From the NCBI GenBank assembly GCA_010015805.1, contig ML978143.1, positions 62,001-126,000 on the forward strand: 64,000 nt of DNA. Reading direction: 5' to 3'. Positions 35,216 to 49,166 of this stretch are shown here, piece by piece. The notes beneath the pieces were generated by a model. The model was not told the DNA's origin. It ran no database searches and saw only the letters and a list, made by a program, of their open reading frames with translations. The first letter of the stretch is position 1, and the number at the start of each line of letters is the position of its first letter. Source of the DNA: Rhizodiscina lignyota (Eukaryota). The position numbers and the translations under genes are program-made.

Positions 35216-36736
35216 AATTGGAAAAGTGGTATGGATGTGTGAGTGGGTGAGGTGCTAGCAGGAGAGGCATTTGACGGAGGATCATTTTGAAACAGCAAAA
35301 GTCGAATTTAAAGCATGCGCTGAAAAAGTTCAGAGCCTCGTGGTTTGGAGTAACTGGCGTTGAGGAGAATGAAAGGACAAAAGGTTTTCCATCTTTGTAG
35401 CATAGCAACTCTTCTTTGATTTGAGCAGACGTATGATACCACATTGGCATGATAGTTCGAAAGAAGGAATCTGTCGGCTTCGGAAAGTGTAAAATTGATA
35501 CCCGCAGCCGTGGTCCTGTTCAAGAGCGTTCTTCCTAGCTATTGCGCAAACGCCCATAGAGTCGGAGTCGTGCCTGGAAAGCTGACGGCACGAACTTGCG
35601 TGAGGAAGATAGATTGAAGGTCTACATGGGGAAGCGGAATCATGCATATTATCATTGTGATGAACCAATGCGATCTTTTCTGAGAAAGACCGCAGTCAAC
35701 GGTATTCGAGGGTGCACATTCCAAGAGAAGAGAGAAAGGGAGAAACGCCGAAGATATCTGCACTTCTGCCCTAGCCAGCTTAGGCTAGCCTCGAGATGAA
35801 AATATGGCTTGGCTAGCGTCGGCCGCAAAGTCTTGTTCCAACCTCATTCTAAAGTGCATCACCACTGCATTCGCTAGCACTGAGAAACAGACAAAGTTTG
35901 CTTGGTCTATTGGATATTGTACGAGAAAACTCCGTCCTTTGGTTCCAGGAAGCCAGAAGTCGAGTTGGACTAGGAGGTTGAGATCCAGGCGAGTGCGACC
36001 AACGGAAAGTCGCTGCTTGCCCGGGGTGCTCAGGGGCGACTTCTCCTTCTTTCAAGGTCACTTTTCGCATCCTCGTCACAGACACACTCTCCCACCATCC
36101 ATGCCATTGCTGCGCTGCGATTGCCTTAGCGCGCCTGTGCTGCTCGCTGAGGCTTGACTTCGCCAGTATGTAGGTTCGGCTTCCGGTTTTGGCACGTGCT
36201 CAGCACTATTCCCGCAGACGCACAGCTACTCTCTGGCTTTAGCCAATTGCTTCGCAGCAATCCTTCTCTCCTTCGCAGCAATTCCTCACGCTGGACTTCC
36301 CCTAGTAGTAATTACCACTGTACTCAAAGGCGTCCTTTTCACATTAAGCATTCTGAAGGTCGGCAACTCCGCGCAGCCGAAGCCACAGGCAATAAGCCAC
36401 TATCGGTACCCCCTGACCACGGGCCGCCTTTTAGGACACTTGCGCCACCGAAATGGCAAGGTCGCGATGTAGTCTAGACCTTCACACATCTTTATTTCAG
36501 CTTCAAAAGAGCTTCGCTTATTCGTTTCATGCAGTCGCAAGGAGGAATGGCGCATCTTTACTCGGTGCCACGTAGTGTGAGTGTGCCGCGATGGCCACGA
36601 TGGAGCTGCCAATGCCTGATTTATACCCCGTATAGGCTCGGCTTTCAGTCGATGGCATTCAGCATATTTCGTCAATCTGCTCTTCATCTAAGCTCCTTTA
36701 GCCTGCCCACCCTACGCTTGACAGATCCTTACGGCC

Positions 36737-38731
36737 ATGGGAAACCCAAACTTCGACGACAAGAGCAATGTTGCGATCGAAATCCACCCAATTCCCGACT
36801 CGACATACCATCGCTTGTCTGAAGAGCCTACAACAAACCCAAACCGTCGAACCGCCGTACACCAAGACGGTCACACGGACTGGTGGCAATGGGAGCTCGT
36901 TGGCGTTACCGTCTCTCTTGCCTGCCTTGCCGCAATCATGGGCCTCCTTGCGCATTTAGATGACAAGCCGCAACCTGAATGGGCGAGGCACATGTGCATC
37001 GCGGGAAGGTGCAAGAGCGTGTCCGTAGCCGTGAACTCGGTCATCTCGTGGTTGTCCACCGTCGCGAAGATCTGCGTTCTACTTCCCATCACGAGAGGAT
37101 TGGCACAGCTCAAGTGGGTGTGGTTCGCGGAGGAGCCGAGGCAGCTCAAAGATATGGATACCTTTGAGTCTGCTAGTCGAGGCTTGACTGGAAGCGCAAT
37201 GTTGCTGTGGAAGCTGAAAGGACGGTACGGAATGTGAACCAAGTTTCCACATGCGTGTTGCTGACCGATGATTGCAGCCATATTGCAGCTGTCGGCGCGC
37301 TTGCGGTTATCTTATCTCTAGGCTTTGATCCGTTCATCCAGAATTTGGTTACATACGGCACCCAACCTTACAACAACGGTACCCAGATAGCCTACGTCAC
37401 AAACGCCACAACTTATACTATACCTGGCATTACTGATGGTAAGCAATAACAGTCCCACTTTACGACATGTGACACGGTCTGATGCGATCGCAGCAAATGA
37501 CATTGACATTGGGATGAAAACCAACATCTATGCGGCAACGTTTGCCAGCGATCCCAACGAAGCATGGGGCACGCCATTGTACTCCTGCCCAACCGGCAAT
37601 TGCAAGTGGGATACAACCCTCTCCCTTGGAGTATGTGCTCGTTGTACCGATCTATCATCTCAACTTAAGATGAACTGCTCCACCGAGAGCGACAGCCCAA
37701 CCTTTTGTGATGTGTGGCTCCCCAATGGTTTCCATTTGCAGGGTGGCAATCCTTCAGAGGGCTATGGCGTCGTAATGAACATTAATACCGTTGGTGACGC
37801 GTTCGACCAGACCCATTCGACCTACTCGAACATCGGCGCCTTTCCTCTACTGTGGACCAAATCGATTGCGGCATACGATACAGAGTATATTAAAGAGTCG
37901 ACTCCACTGGTGGCAAATGAATGTATACTGTTTGCTTGCATGTCGGTATACAATGCCACCGTCGACCAACAAAACGTAGCCACAGGACCCGCACTGAGTG
38001 GTTCGGTCTATACCGAGAATGTGATCGAAGTCTTCGAGAACTTCACAGGCGGCCCTGGTGGCGACATGACGCTGGAAATTGGACCCTTGCCGGGGTACGG
38101 ACTTCACACTCGGCGGACGTTCAGTATTGAATATGAGACTCAACGCGACATGAATACTTATTTCAACGGCTTTTTGAGCGGTAGAGCGTCTAGGACACCT
38201 AGTGGATCTGGTTGGATTTTCGGCGACGCGGTTGGTGGACCCAGCGATCTGATGCAAGCAATTTATGAGAATCAGAACCTCGATTGTTTCCCGGAGAACC
38301 CGAAGGACAAGGTCGCATGCGCGATGGAGAACATAGCAAGAGCCGCAACGAAGAGCATGCGCGACGCTTCAGTCTTGAAACCAGGCGTGAATGCGCGGAG
38401 CGCTAATTTCACTGGAGCAGGTATTGCAGTGGGTCAAGTGTTCTCGCCAACCATTTTTATCCACGTGCAATGGCCATGGATCATACTACCCGCTCTGGTC
38501 TGGGTGATGAGCTGTATCATGTTTATCGGCACTGCGTGGAAAACGCGAAGGGCTGGTGTAAAAGCCTGGAGGACAAGCCCGCTCGCACTTGTTTTTCTTG
38601 GGTTGGATCAAGATGCAGCGGAGAAGGTCAGGCAGCATGGTTTGTCAGGTGAAGGCCTTGTGAAGAAAGCAGAAGATCTGCAAGTGCAGATGCACATCGG
38701 CGAGCATGAGGCTCGTTTAGTCTCCCGCTAG
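36737..38731 (+). CDS. DUF3176-family membrane protein
   Basis: WWQWEL, NSVISWLSTVAK, GLAQLKWVWF, FESASRG, DPFIQ, CPTGNCKW, HVQWPWIILP and WRTSPLA motifs; two introns. Confidence 0.88.
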
Positions 38732-39077
38732 AGTAGTTGGTGAGACAAGATACTGAAAATAACTTTAGTAATAGATTTATGAAGTAAATGGCAAGCCCGC
38801 CCATTTATGGAACTTTGCAGAAAATGGAACCCGACTTTATCGCAACCATGCCTTTGCCCTTCTCAGTGCATAGTACTACCGAGGAGCCAATTCACGATGC
38901 AAAGGCCCACCTAGCGTACTAAAGTATGCAGCATAGATGTGAAGCAGTTTCTTAAGTTGAAGACGAACATGTTGAATGTGAGAGATTTAAAATAATACTA
39001 TGAATTGTCGCGCGTAACTGAGTTCTGAACTTCTGCAGCACTTCACAGCCTCCGCACACTAAATCACAAAACGTAGA

Positions 39078-39112
39078 AGAATGAAAGAATGGAAGAATGA
39101 AAGAATGAAAGA
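39078..39112 (+). repeat. Short (GAATGAAA)n-type microsatellite
   Basis: AGAATGAAAGAATGGAAGAATGAAAGAATGAAAGA. Confidence 0.7.
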
Positions 39113-39747
39113 GAAAAAGGACAAACGAATAATAAAACTATGCTACGGACCACGACCTACGGCGGCGTGCTCCTCGAGTTAGGCTAATATTCTATTGGAG
39201 CCGTCGCGGACGGTAAGGTACGTTCCCGTGGGCTGTAGCCCAGTTTCATGCCAGAAGAGGGCAATATCGTCAGTGCTCAGGCATAGCTCGTGGCATATGA
39301 TGATGATGGCAACCTCCTCCAGGATTGCCAAATGCGTCTCAGGGCGGCTTGATCACAGCTCAGATTAAATGGCCGTATGCCTAGGTTCGAAGAAGAGAAT
39401 GTACCTGAGTGGCTTCATTCTCGGATACGGTGTTCAGAGCTAAAGTTTAACGTGTTAACGCGAAACTTGATTTGACTGTCGCAGATTCGGGGCTCACAAT
39501 TTGGATAGGTATTGATTAAAGTAGGAGTAAACAGTCGAACTGATTTCCAAGCTGCCTCCGTCATGTGAGAGAGTGGCGCAGTGTGGCCGAAGCAAAGGTG
39601 AGATCTCCGGCAGATTGTGCGAAGCTATCGGTGTTGACTCCGCGTTACTTGTTATGGAGGCGTCCTAGAGAACTTCGAGGCTATTCCGAGATATCAGATG
39701 GGAATCGGGTAGACAGATATGGTGCTTCATTAAAATGCTGTAATCGT

Positions 39748-40696
39748 CTAGTGGTCTGGCTCGTCGGCTCCATCAGGTCTATCGTCTCCATCATGTCTTT
39801 CGGACCCCTTGGGGTTGCCAGGGAGTTCGTGGCTCATGTTGCCGGCTTCTAACTCGCCCGGTTGGTCTGCATACGGAAGTTCATGCCTCAGGCCGCTACC
39901 TTCTAGTTCAACAGGGTCGGGAGTTGCTTCCTTCTCGTGTACGGCATACGGGTCTACTTCAATCTGCTGGTACAGTGGTCTATCATTATCATCGAGAGAC
40001 TGTATCTGCTTCCTCTTCCTCCGTCGGAGCAAGTAGAATCCAAGTGCCGTAAGAATAAAGAGCATACTGAGAGCTGCAACTCCTGCACCGATACCAGCTT
40101 TCGTCGGGGTCGACAGAGAACTACTGGAGCCACTTTGTCGCGGTGGGGAGGTCAGAGTTGCGGAGTTTTGCGTTGTGGACGTTGGAGTTGAGGATTTCGC
40201 AGAAGATGTGCTTGTCGTAAGAGGGCCCCCAGAAAAGGTTGTAGGCTTCTCTGCCCTAGGCTCATTTTGAAATTGGAATGTCACTGTGTTGCCCAGTGAC
40301 GATGGCTCAAAAAAGAAGTGACAGTAGACACTGTCAGATGAATTTGCCTGATTGACCTTGTCGTCAAATCGAAAAGTATATGGAGGAGTCGCAGTTTCGT
40401 TCTTCAGGATGACTTCGTATGTTGAAACTAATGTTTGTTAGCCTCGATTATGACCTCCGCATAGACAAGAAAGCCGAACATTGTGCGAATGATGCGCACT
40501 GCATGTCTATCTCTGGCTTGGTGGCCGGAGACCACTCCAGTATTATGCTATCATGAAGAGACACTGGGCCGAAATTGCTTGTCGCGGTGAATCCACTTGA
40601 CCCACTACTTGGTACAGGTACGGTTGCAGCACCTCCGGGAGGGAAGACCCACGTTTGGGCATCTTTTGTTGTCGTTGTTGGTGATGTGTCAGGCAT
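39748..40696 (-). CDS. Single-pass S/T-rich membrane protein (Mid2-like TM with ELxG tail repeats)
   Basis: S/T-rich stalk, TM segment KAGIGAGVAALSMLFILTALGFYLL followed by RRRKRK, and a tail with ELEG/ELPY/ELEA/ELPG. The 5' exon is inferred. Confidence 0.62.
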
Positions 40697-41598
40697 GGTG
40701 AATATCTCATCTACACCGCCTTTGGTTTTGATGAATATTTCTCTCTGGCCGGAAAGGGAAAAATGAAGGAGTAACAACAATACGATAGAAATGTCGGAAC
40801 CGTGGAAATCAGAATGAGAGGTGGAGACAAAGCTTTCAGATCTGCGGGCTATCGCAGCATAAATCCCTAGCTTTGCATTGAATCTGACCAGTATTTCGGC
40901 GATTATTAAGTTAGCCGCCCTCAACGAAGGGGCTGGAAAGACCCCGATTCCCTTTGCAAAATTAGTATACAGTGCATGAAGGCTCGTCTTGCACGATTGC
41001 TGGCCGTGTCAATGGAGGCTGATGAGGCGGGCAGTGCGGGCGTTGCGCTAGGATATCCTATTCCCGGTGCGCGAGCGGGCGAAACCTTGGAGATTTCGTT
41101 ACAGAAGCCTAGCAACGACCGCATGCTATGGGCTGAGCCGGCAGCTGACAGATTAAGGTGGTCAAAGAGTTGAAACCCGAATTCAAAAGATGCCCTTGAA
41201 GTTCGGTGAGTGGTAGTGAGGTACAGGAATAGCCATAAACGAGCTAGCCAATCACAGCCCTGAGACGCCGACAGGGGCGTGACGCCGGAGATGATTTATG
41301 AGTGCGTCGCGCGCCCGCCTCCCTTCCTTCAACGACCTCCTTTGAGTTGACGGTCATCAGCCACGGCTTGTATGTCCCCGTTTAGATACAGAAAGTCTCT
41401 AAACTCATCATTTGCGCATTTAACGAATCATGAAGACGTTGCAATCGAGTGTGAGCTGAACAGAGTACGTGGAGGCAGCAACATGAATGTGGGGAGGTTG
41501 AGTCATCACTGTGCCATACTCCTGAACGGCTTCTACCTTTCTTGCTAAAGATTTCTTCCAATTTCTTCTGGACCTTTGGTTTCTCTCATATTGTCCTG

Positions 41599-42592
41599 AT
41601 GTCAAACCATCTTGTTCTTTCACCTCGAAGAACTAGATCACGTTCGAAGCAGCCTCGTCCCGAGGAGCCAGCTGAGGTTATCGACCTAACGCAACCTGTT
41701 GACGAGGACCGTGAAAGAGACCGCACCAATGGAAAACAAGCCGACAATTCCACTGTTGTGCTTCTCTCACCAGATCTCACAGAATCGAGAACTGGTCTAA
41801 AATCCATAAACCACGCACTGCTTCTCCGGAAACAGCGCTGGTTGCGGGATTCCACGGTGTCCATACCTGAAGGCTCCCGAAAGTTGCGAGGCCACACACG
41901 GCCCATCCCTAAAAGCTCTCACAACCTTGGGCCCGCCATTGATGCAACACTGGTGTTCGCGCAAGAGGAGGCTGGGACTGCTGTCTGTATCTCTCCTGAT
42001 GGTCTGCTTTTGACGTGCTCCCACTGCGTCGCTGAAAGTGTGGCAGAGTTCGACGGATCTAAGAACTATTGGCTTGTTCGCGTCGGGCTGTGCCGTGGAA
42101 ACGAAATGTGTAGCTTGGGACAGCAAGCGAGACCTCGCTCTACTGCAGATTGTCGCTGCGCAATCTACGGTCGATTTACCGGCTTCACTCGCAAGTAATT
42201 CACGATCCTGGACGTTTCCATTCTTCCCCCCTGCTGAGAGGCCACCAAAGATCAATGCTGCACTCAGTTGCGTTGGCCATCCAGGGAGCGAGGATCTCCA
42301 AGCAGTTCTGTCAGGGGTCAAAACGAACTATGACACGCTCTGTGTGAGCTCTGGCACTTTTCGTGGCTATGCAAAGGGCCAGGATGTGCAAGACAACTCT
42401 GAAATCGGTGCTCTCAAGCACACCTGCTGGACGTATTGGGGACACAGCGGAGCCCCTCTCATCGAACAGGCGACTGGGAAGTTGGTTGGCCTTCATTCCT
42501 CTTGGGATGATCAAACGGGGATGAGAAGAGGCGTACCGCTTGAAGCGATCTTGGAGTTTTTGAGAGAGAAGGACGGTTCTTTGGATGCTTGA
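41599..42592 (+). pseudogene. Trypsin-like serine peptidase with a single frameshift near 42073
   Basis: The His motif (LLLTCSHCV) is in one frame; the Asp (RDLALL) and Ser (GHSGAP) motifs are in the +1 frame. No intron signals at the junction. Confidence 0.75.
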
Positions 42593-45130
42593 GTATCTTG
42601 GTAAATAATGCTTTTGCAAATTTGGTATATTCAAATGATGTGCCGCCCGCTTCAGCTATAACAATTTAAGTTCGAACTAGTGCCGAGTCAACTTCACTCA
42701 ACTTACTACGGCTGCATTTAAGTATTGAAACCAAATAAAGTTTCAGAACGGCGAGTGAATGAGATCTCTTTCATTATCCTCAGAAAGATAACCAACAAAA
42801 TTTTCCTCCGAAGTATCCTCGTGTTCAAAGAATCAGATGCCCACTTACCATCCCGAGAGTGGCTATACCAGATCAGTTTTAGCGTGGTACGCATCCCTTT
42901 CTCCCCCCGATGAAAAGCCTTCCCTTTCTAAACAATACACAGCGTTTGCATCTGCGAATATACGAACACAACGCTACATTTATATCTTCTGTGCCAAGTG
43001 CCTAGATAATGATACTCCTCGCGGTGTCTATAATGAGTCTCCGGAGTCTGCTTTCTGAGTCACGTTCGTATTTTACTACTTCGTGCCATCGCGCCATTCC
43101 ATCGCCGAGGCCAATTGCTTGTCTGGGCGACAGCAACAACGAGGCATCTCGAAATGCAACTTTCTCCGTCTCGCTTATATACACTTGCGAATTCAAGAGT
43201 CTAACAGTCACGATGTTCTTTCCGCTCAAAAGACCAACGATACTATGAGCACAACAATGCTGGTTACGATAAGCCGCGAAGACAACTGGCTGTTCTGGAA
43301 TGCCATGGCGCTCAATTTGAAGATGAGTGCGTCTCATGATGCGCTAAGCTACGTATAAGCGATCATCGATAAGTTCCTCCTCTTCTTTGTATCGTCTGCT
43401 TTTCCTCCGCCATCTTCTGGTGCGGCTGCACATAGAGTGCTCTACCTCTCTGGATATTCTCTCCGTCTCAGTCCGCCAGTTTCATCGTCTCCTGCCAGCA
43501 AGATGCTCTGGTCCTTGCCCACGACGATGCGGTGAACTGTTCACCTGAGAAGGGATGTTAAAATGCCGTTTTGCGGATCGTGGCAGATCCGAAACGCAAA
43601 CAAAATCTCCGGGGGGCTGGTGCTCAGCCGCAACGTCGTAGTCCCTCGTCGGCCAATAGGAAGCACCAATCCTGTGGCGCAGATCGGCTCATCTAGTTTC
43701 CGATATGTATCTGCATCTCCACCTTATCGCATCGTCGAAATACTATTCTTCAATATTTTCATCATCAAACATCGACCTCCGATAGTCGTACAAATATATC
43801 ATCACCCGGGATCGTGTTATTCCGAAAGGCAGTGCGCTCTCCCGGTGGTGCTATGGTCGTCGACATTCCCTGCAGGGTGTCCCATCCTTCTGACCTTCAC
43901 TCTCTACTCAGTTACGCGGAGTTCGTAAAATACTGCAAATCACGCATGTCTGGATGTACCTGAGTCAGGCTGGAATACCCTCACCCGGCCAGAGAACCCG
44001 CCGGCGCTCTGATTGTTTTCGAAGAAGGCGCAAGATGACCATGCGTTGCCTTTGGCCCAGTTCAATAGCATACCATGTATGCGGCGGCTACAAGACAATG
44101 CATTCGGTCTTTCAACTTCCATCATTCGGAATCTATCGTCAGTGGCTTTCCCCCGATGCTCGGCTGAAGCGAAGGTGTCTCCTTTCGCTGCCGCTGACCA
44201 ATGAACTCTTCCTGGTCACCATTATACTGTTCAGTTCTAACGCTGTCACTTCGCCCGTGCGCTTCCCTCTTTATCCAAGGCGGATCTTCTGCATCCTGTC
44301 CACGTTTGACATATGCGGCTGAGGGTATGGCGTGGTCGCTCAGTAGGATGTGACTTGAGACTCTTCTTCGCATTTGCTCTGCACTCAATCCCGGGGGCTG
44401 CGCATTGACAAAAGCTTGGTGGGTAAATATATCCCGCTGAAGGTATCACCTGGTCATATTCTGCAGTCGCCCCTTTTCTTTAACTGGCCCATAGTCAGTA
44501 GCGGCAATCGGATTGCATCTCAAAGACTTCAGCGCTTACTTACATACGAGCGCGCCGAGCCACGTCAACCTAATAGCACGGTGCCCTTGTACACGAGAAC
44601 GCGGGTAGCGTATCATTAGGACATCCGATCAAGCACTCAAGTACAGCCCGAACTGCGCATCTGCTGAAGCATCATCCGGTGTACGTCGGCACAGAGTAGT
44701 ACAACTATGCTACTTGAGGGGCTGTAAACCTTGATCAGCGGTTCAGTTTTCAAACTTCATCACGAACTAATCTCCACTTACAGGCAATTACAACCTAAAC
44801 AGTGCCTGACCACTTCCTCAGCCCCCCTTCACTTCAGCTGTCCGGCCATCTCTGGACAAGAGGATCCGATTCGGATCCGAGAGCAGTCGGGAGGAATGCA
44901 CTCTGGATTCCTCGCCAAATTGCCAATTTCAGGTTGGTTCTGCGTCGCTTATTATAAGTACATGCGTTTCGTGCAGCGTTGTGATGTTGGGAAGGGTAAG
45001 AATACTGCTACTGCTTTTGCGCACTGCTCCTGCTTCTTCCATACCAAGATATCAGCTGCCTCATCTTTCCTTCCGCTCTAAATACCCATCTTTATATCCA
45101 AACGTCGCCTAGCCGGGATTGTGAACCACT

Positions 45131-46385
45131 ATGTTTAATATAATCACATCTTTTCTTCTGGCGACTTGCCTCATTGGCGGGATCAGCGCCGCTCCGGCAT
45201 CTCTCGTTGAACCGGCAACTACACCAAGCTACACCGACGTTGAGCTTCAAGCCACCAACTTTCCAGCTCTCACGAACGACAACCTTCTACCTCCTGTGGA
45301 GCAGCTTGCTCTCGGGACTCTCCCGAACGGTCCTCTTCCCCCGCCAGGGGGAATTAGCGCGGATGGCATCACAAATCTTCAGCTGATAGAGCTGAATGAA
45401 TTCTTTGAAGCCTCGTTCTTCACGTCTTTGCTCTCAAATATCACCAAGAACGTGCCTGGGTATGAAATTAATGACGAAAAGGAACGGAATGAAATCATCA
45501 ACGCTCTGGTTGCAATTATCGCTGCAAGTGGTCATAGTCAACTACCAAAGCTGCCTTAAGCTAACAAATATTTAGCAAGAAGAACTGCACGGCATCTTTG
45601 CAGATAAAGCCCTGCTGAGCCAAAGCCAGCCGACAATCAGAGGGTGTCACTTCAAGTTCCCAACAACCACTTTTGACGGAGCCATTGCCCTTGCCGCAAC
45701 TTTCACCGACGTTGTCCTCGGGACGCTTCAAGATGTCATCGAAATCTTCGCAATCAACAACGACGATTCCCTCACACGGGGCGTGGCATCGGTCGTCGGT
45801 CAAGAAGGCCAACAGGATGGCTTCTTCCGGCTCTTGGAGAAGAAGGGAAAAGTCCCCAGCGAGCTTCCTTTCCTGACTACATCGACACGAGACTTTGCGT
45901 TCAGCTTTCTGGAACAGAGTGTCGTCGTGTCTTGCCCTAACAACAATGACGATGTCCTGAAGCAGAAACTCAAGATTTTTGGTGTTCTGAATCTGCTTAC
46001 GACAAATATCGAACCCAAGGATCAGACTCTCCAGTTCAGCTTCGATCTCAAAAGCCTCGACGCCAGTAACATCGCCTCCGCATCCATCCATAACTCCGAT
46101 AACACCAGTTGGCAAGCTTACGGCAATTCGTACCGCTCTGCCTACGACTGGAGCGAAGTCTCTCTCGTATATATTAACCAGCAGAATACACCCATCGTCG
46201 AGAAGGTGCAGAATGTGCAGGTTGATGGTATTCAAGTTACATTCGAAGCATTCTTTCCGTATACGGAGAATCTGTTGAATGGCCTGACCATTGCCGCTGT
46301 CACTAGATGCGGTGGCCCTTTTGCTGATGCATCCGCAGTGGCGGAGGAAACTCTCTTTGCGCCGGCCTTCATTGAGATCAATTAG
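45131..46385 (+). CDS. Secreted ferritin-like 'late sexual development' (LsdA-like) protein
   Basis: Signal peptide; LQLIELNEFFEASFF; GC-AG intron 45524-45575 gives IIA|QEELH; FTDVVLGTLQDV, SVVGQEGQQDGFFR, PFLTTSTRDFAFS. Confidence 0.83.
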
Positions 46386-47468
46386 GCTGTGCGGTCGCTG
46401 CCACGCAGCCACACACAGTATCATCATGTCAGAGCCGCTAATCGGAACAACACATTGACACTAATGTACGGTTTATAATTCTCTCCCCCTTTAAGTGTAG
46501 CTATTGGAAAAGAAATCAGTTAGTATACATGAATGTCGCATTTCAGGTTTCACCGTTTCAACGCCTCTCTTCAAGGATCGTGGTCTAATCTGAGATGGTA
46601 TCTTACATACATTCTTTAAAGCGTGGGCGTCACCGCCTGAATGGACACTTCCATCTAGAAGTTGCTACTACCACACTCCTTTGAATTGCTATTAATAATC
46701 GAATTGACAACCTCGTTACGTTAATATCCCTGAATCGTACTAGACTCCATCGTGCTTCGCTCATGCGCTACAATAATTTCTCGAGGAACATGTCTCGAAT
46801 CTATCCTTCTGTACTATTAGTCGTGCAATTATAGTTCCGGGATCTATTGACAGAGATGCGCGCTTAGAACAAGTAGCGAAAGGTCCTGAGCCAACTGTGA
46901 CACTGTCTTGTGAGGGCCTTTTCCCGCAATGCCAGAACAGTCCCGGCATCGGCGCCTCATTCGACTACTATGCCTCAATGGTGAACCTGCTCCCGAATAC
47001 CCGTAACCCTGATGGCCTCGGAGCCCCAACCCAGCTGTGACCCTGAAAATGCCAAAGATTGCACCGCTTTATCTACGTCGGGCGACAGTACAGGCTTGTT
47101 GGCAAACGTCTCGCCTTTCCCTACTGCATAACACGGTCAGTCTGGTCAATTTTACTCTCAGACGCGGAATGGGATTCGAGAACGGAGTGGGCAAACAACC
47201 AGATGGTGGTTAATAGTGACTATTCACGATACGGAGAAGAGAAGTGAAGGGGCCTCTTAGTTTAGCTACTGTTCTTGCCAGCAAAGTACTGAAATCCCGA
47301 CACAGAGTTCGGAATTACGAGTCTATGATGGAAGATGGAAATTAAAGGTTATTTTAAGTACATTAGGCATCCCGCCTATTGAAGTCCTAGTGCTGGTGCA
47401 TTTCAGAATGGTAAATCTCTGGGGTCTCGATATTGCGTGCGGCGAGAATTGACCAAGATACAGCTTCC

Positions 47469-48596
47469 TCATGCCCATTTCCCAAGAAGAGCCATCAAGC
47501 CTGCTCCAAGTAAGGTGCATATGATCATGAACACCAACTTCCGGTTATCGCTGGTTCGATTGGGGTCAAAGAGAAAGTCTCTGGCCAGTAGCTCCACCAA
47601 TCCGGTATAGATGAGAATTCCAGCCGACAAAGCGTCAAAAACTCCCGAGACGACATTAGCGGTGTACGAACCGCTATTATACGTAGTCCTCAGTCCCAAT
47701 CCGATGGCTATCGCGATTGGCGTTGTCAGTCCGTAACCTGCACATAGAGCCCACTGGAGCCAAGCCCATCGCGATGGGAACGGAATAGCGGACATACGAG
47801 CGCCAACTCCGAGTCCTTCGAACGACTGGTGAAAGACGAGGACGGGGTAGAGTGTTGTGAACTCAGAACCAGCAGTGCCGAGATTGAGACCGATGATAAC
47901 GGAGTGGAAGATGACACCGAATTCGAGGATGAGGAACGCTGCGATTTGTGACCTGAACGAGCGATCCATTATAGCTTTCTCGTCTTCCGGTTCAATAGTG
48001 TCAACCGTGCGCTCCTTCCGTCCAAGCTGCGACTGAGTTTCTTCATGACCATCTCCGGGTGTTGTCAGGTGCGCAGCATTGGCGGTATCACGTTCAGCTA
48101 CAGCCGGTCCGATGCCGTACTTGACTTCCACGTATCTCTCAGCGGCAAAGTCCAAGAGAAACATTGACATGACAGACACGAGGATGATAGCGGGGGGCCA
48201 GGAATAGACGGACCAACCGCCAGTCATTCCTACGCAGGTGTTTGGTCCGATTTCACCATAGGCGGGATCCAGAAGACTGGGCTGGTGAGCTCTAGCAATA
48301 AATAAGAGTATCAGAAAACCTTACTGCACGAAGGCGGTGGCAACGATGACTCCAGCGCCAAAGTACCTGGCGAGAAGGTACAGGTACTCCGGAATCTTCA
48401 CATAGTGCGTGCGGGCTGCAAGAACTGGGAAGAACGTCGCCGCCGAGGAGACGATCAGAATGACGAATAATGCGGAGATTCGTGCTCCGAGGCTGCCGTT
48501 GTACTCATTCTGGCCGAGTTGAAGATAGCAGATGACCTGTGTTGGATCTGCAGTATCAAGGTCGACTTTGTTCGGATTGAAATCGGGAGACGACAT
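47469..48596 (-). CDS. ZRT1: ZIP-family zinc transporter (Zrt1/ZrfB-like)
   Basis: ARYFGAGVIVATAF, LILEFGVIFHSVIIGL, FHQSFEGLG, SAGILIYTGLVELLA and MALLGKWA motifs; one intron at about 48278-48325. Confidence 0.95.
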
Positions 48597-48715
48597 TGTC
48601 GAAGCAGTTGAGCGAATTGGAATTTTTAGGTAGGTAGCCTTGCTTTCAGGGATTGAGCATGAAAAGTCACGGTGAGCTTGGCGAACTTTTGTAGCACAGC
48701 TTTTATGCTAGGAAG

Positions 48716-48740
48716 CCTACCCTGATGGTACCCTGATGGT
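48716..48740 (-). promoter_or_regulatory. Tandem zinc-response elements (ZafA/Zap1 type)
   Basis: The minus strand reads ACCATCAGGGT-ACCATCAGGGT about 125-145 bp upstream of the ZIP transporter ATG, matching the CARGGT-core ZafA consensus. Confidence 0.65.
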
Positions 48741-49166
48741 TACACGGGATCGTTAGCTCGTCCACCACCCAAAAGGGGCATGTACTTAGCACTTCGGCGG
48801 CCGGGAATAGCGCTTACGAAAATAATCTTCTCATCGATTCGCACAATATACTAATAATCGAGCTCATCTCTTATCCAAAGTTTCCAAGATCGAAGGTGTT
48901 CCAGAGCCTCTCAGCATCGCCGCAGCAGGAAGTGCCCCGAATGATGGATTTGAAGTTGTGAGATGGAGAAGACGTGAGTGACGGCCAGGCGGAATTGCGT
49001 AACATACTCGGGTGTGAACTGGTCTCATTGAAGGAAGTAAATCTGTCGAGTCATGTCTTGCGGCAATGCAAATCCATAATTTGAGTACATTGAAGAGAGC
49101 AGGTGATAGGGGTGTGATGAGCACTAAACACGGGACACCACCGAAACCACACGAGAATTTGCGCCA

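Noticed and set aside
42700..44400. Possible decayed gene on the minus strand (faint resemblance to DUF3723-type motifs)
   Set aside because: Similarity is too weak by eye; needs TBLASTN/HMM confirmation.
45561..46427. 288-aa minus-strand ORF
   Set aside because: Antisense shadow of the LsdA-like gene.
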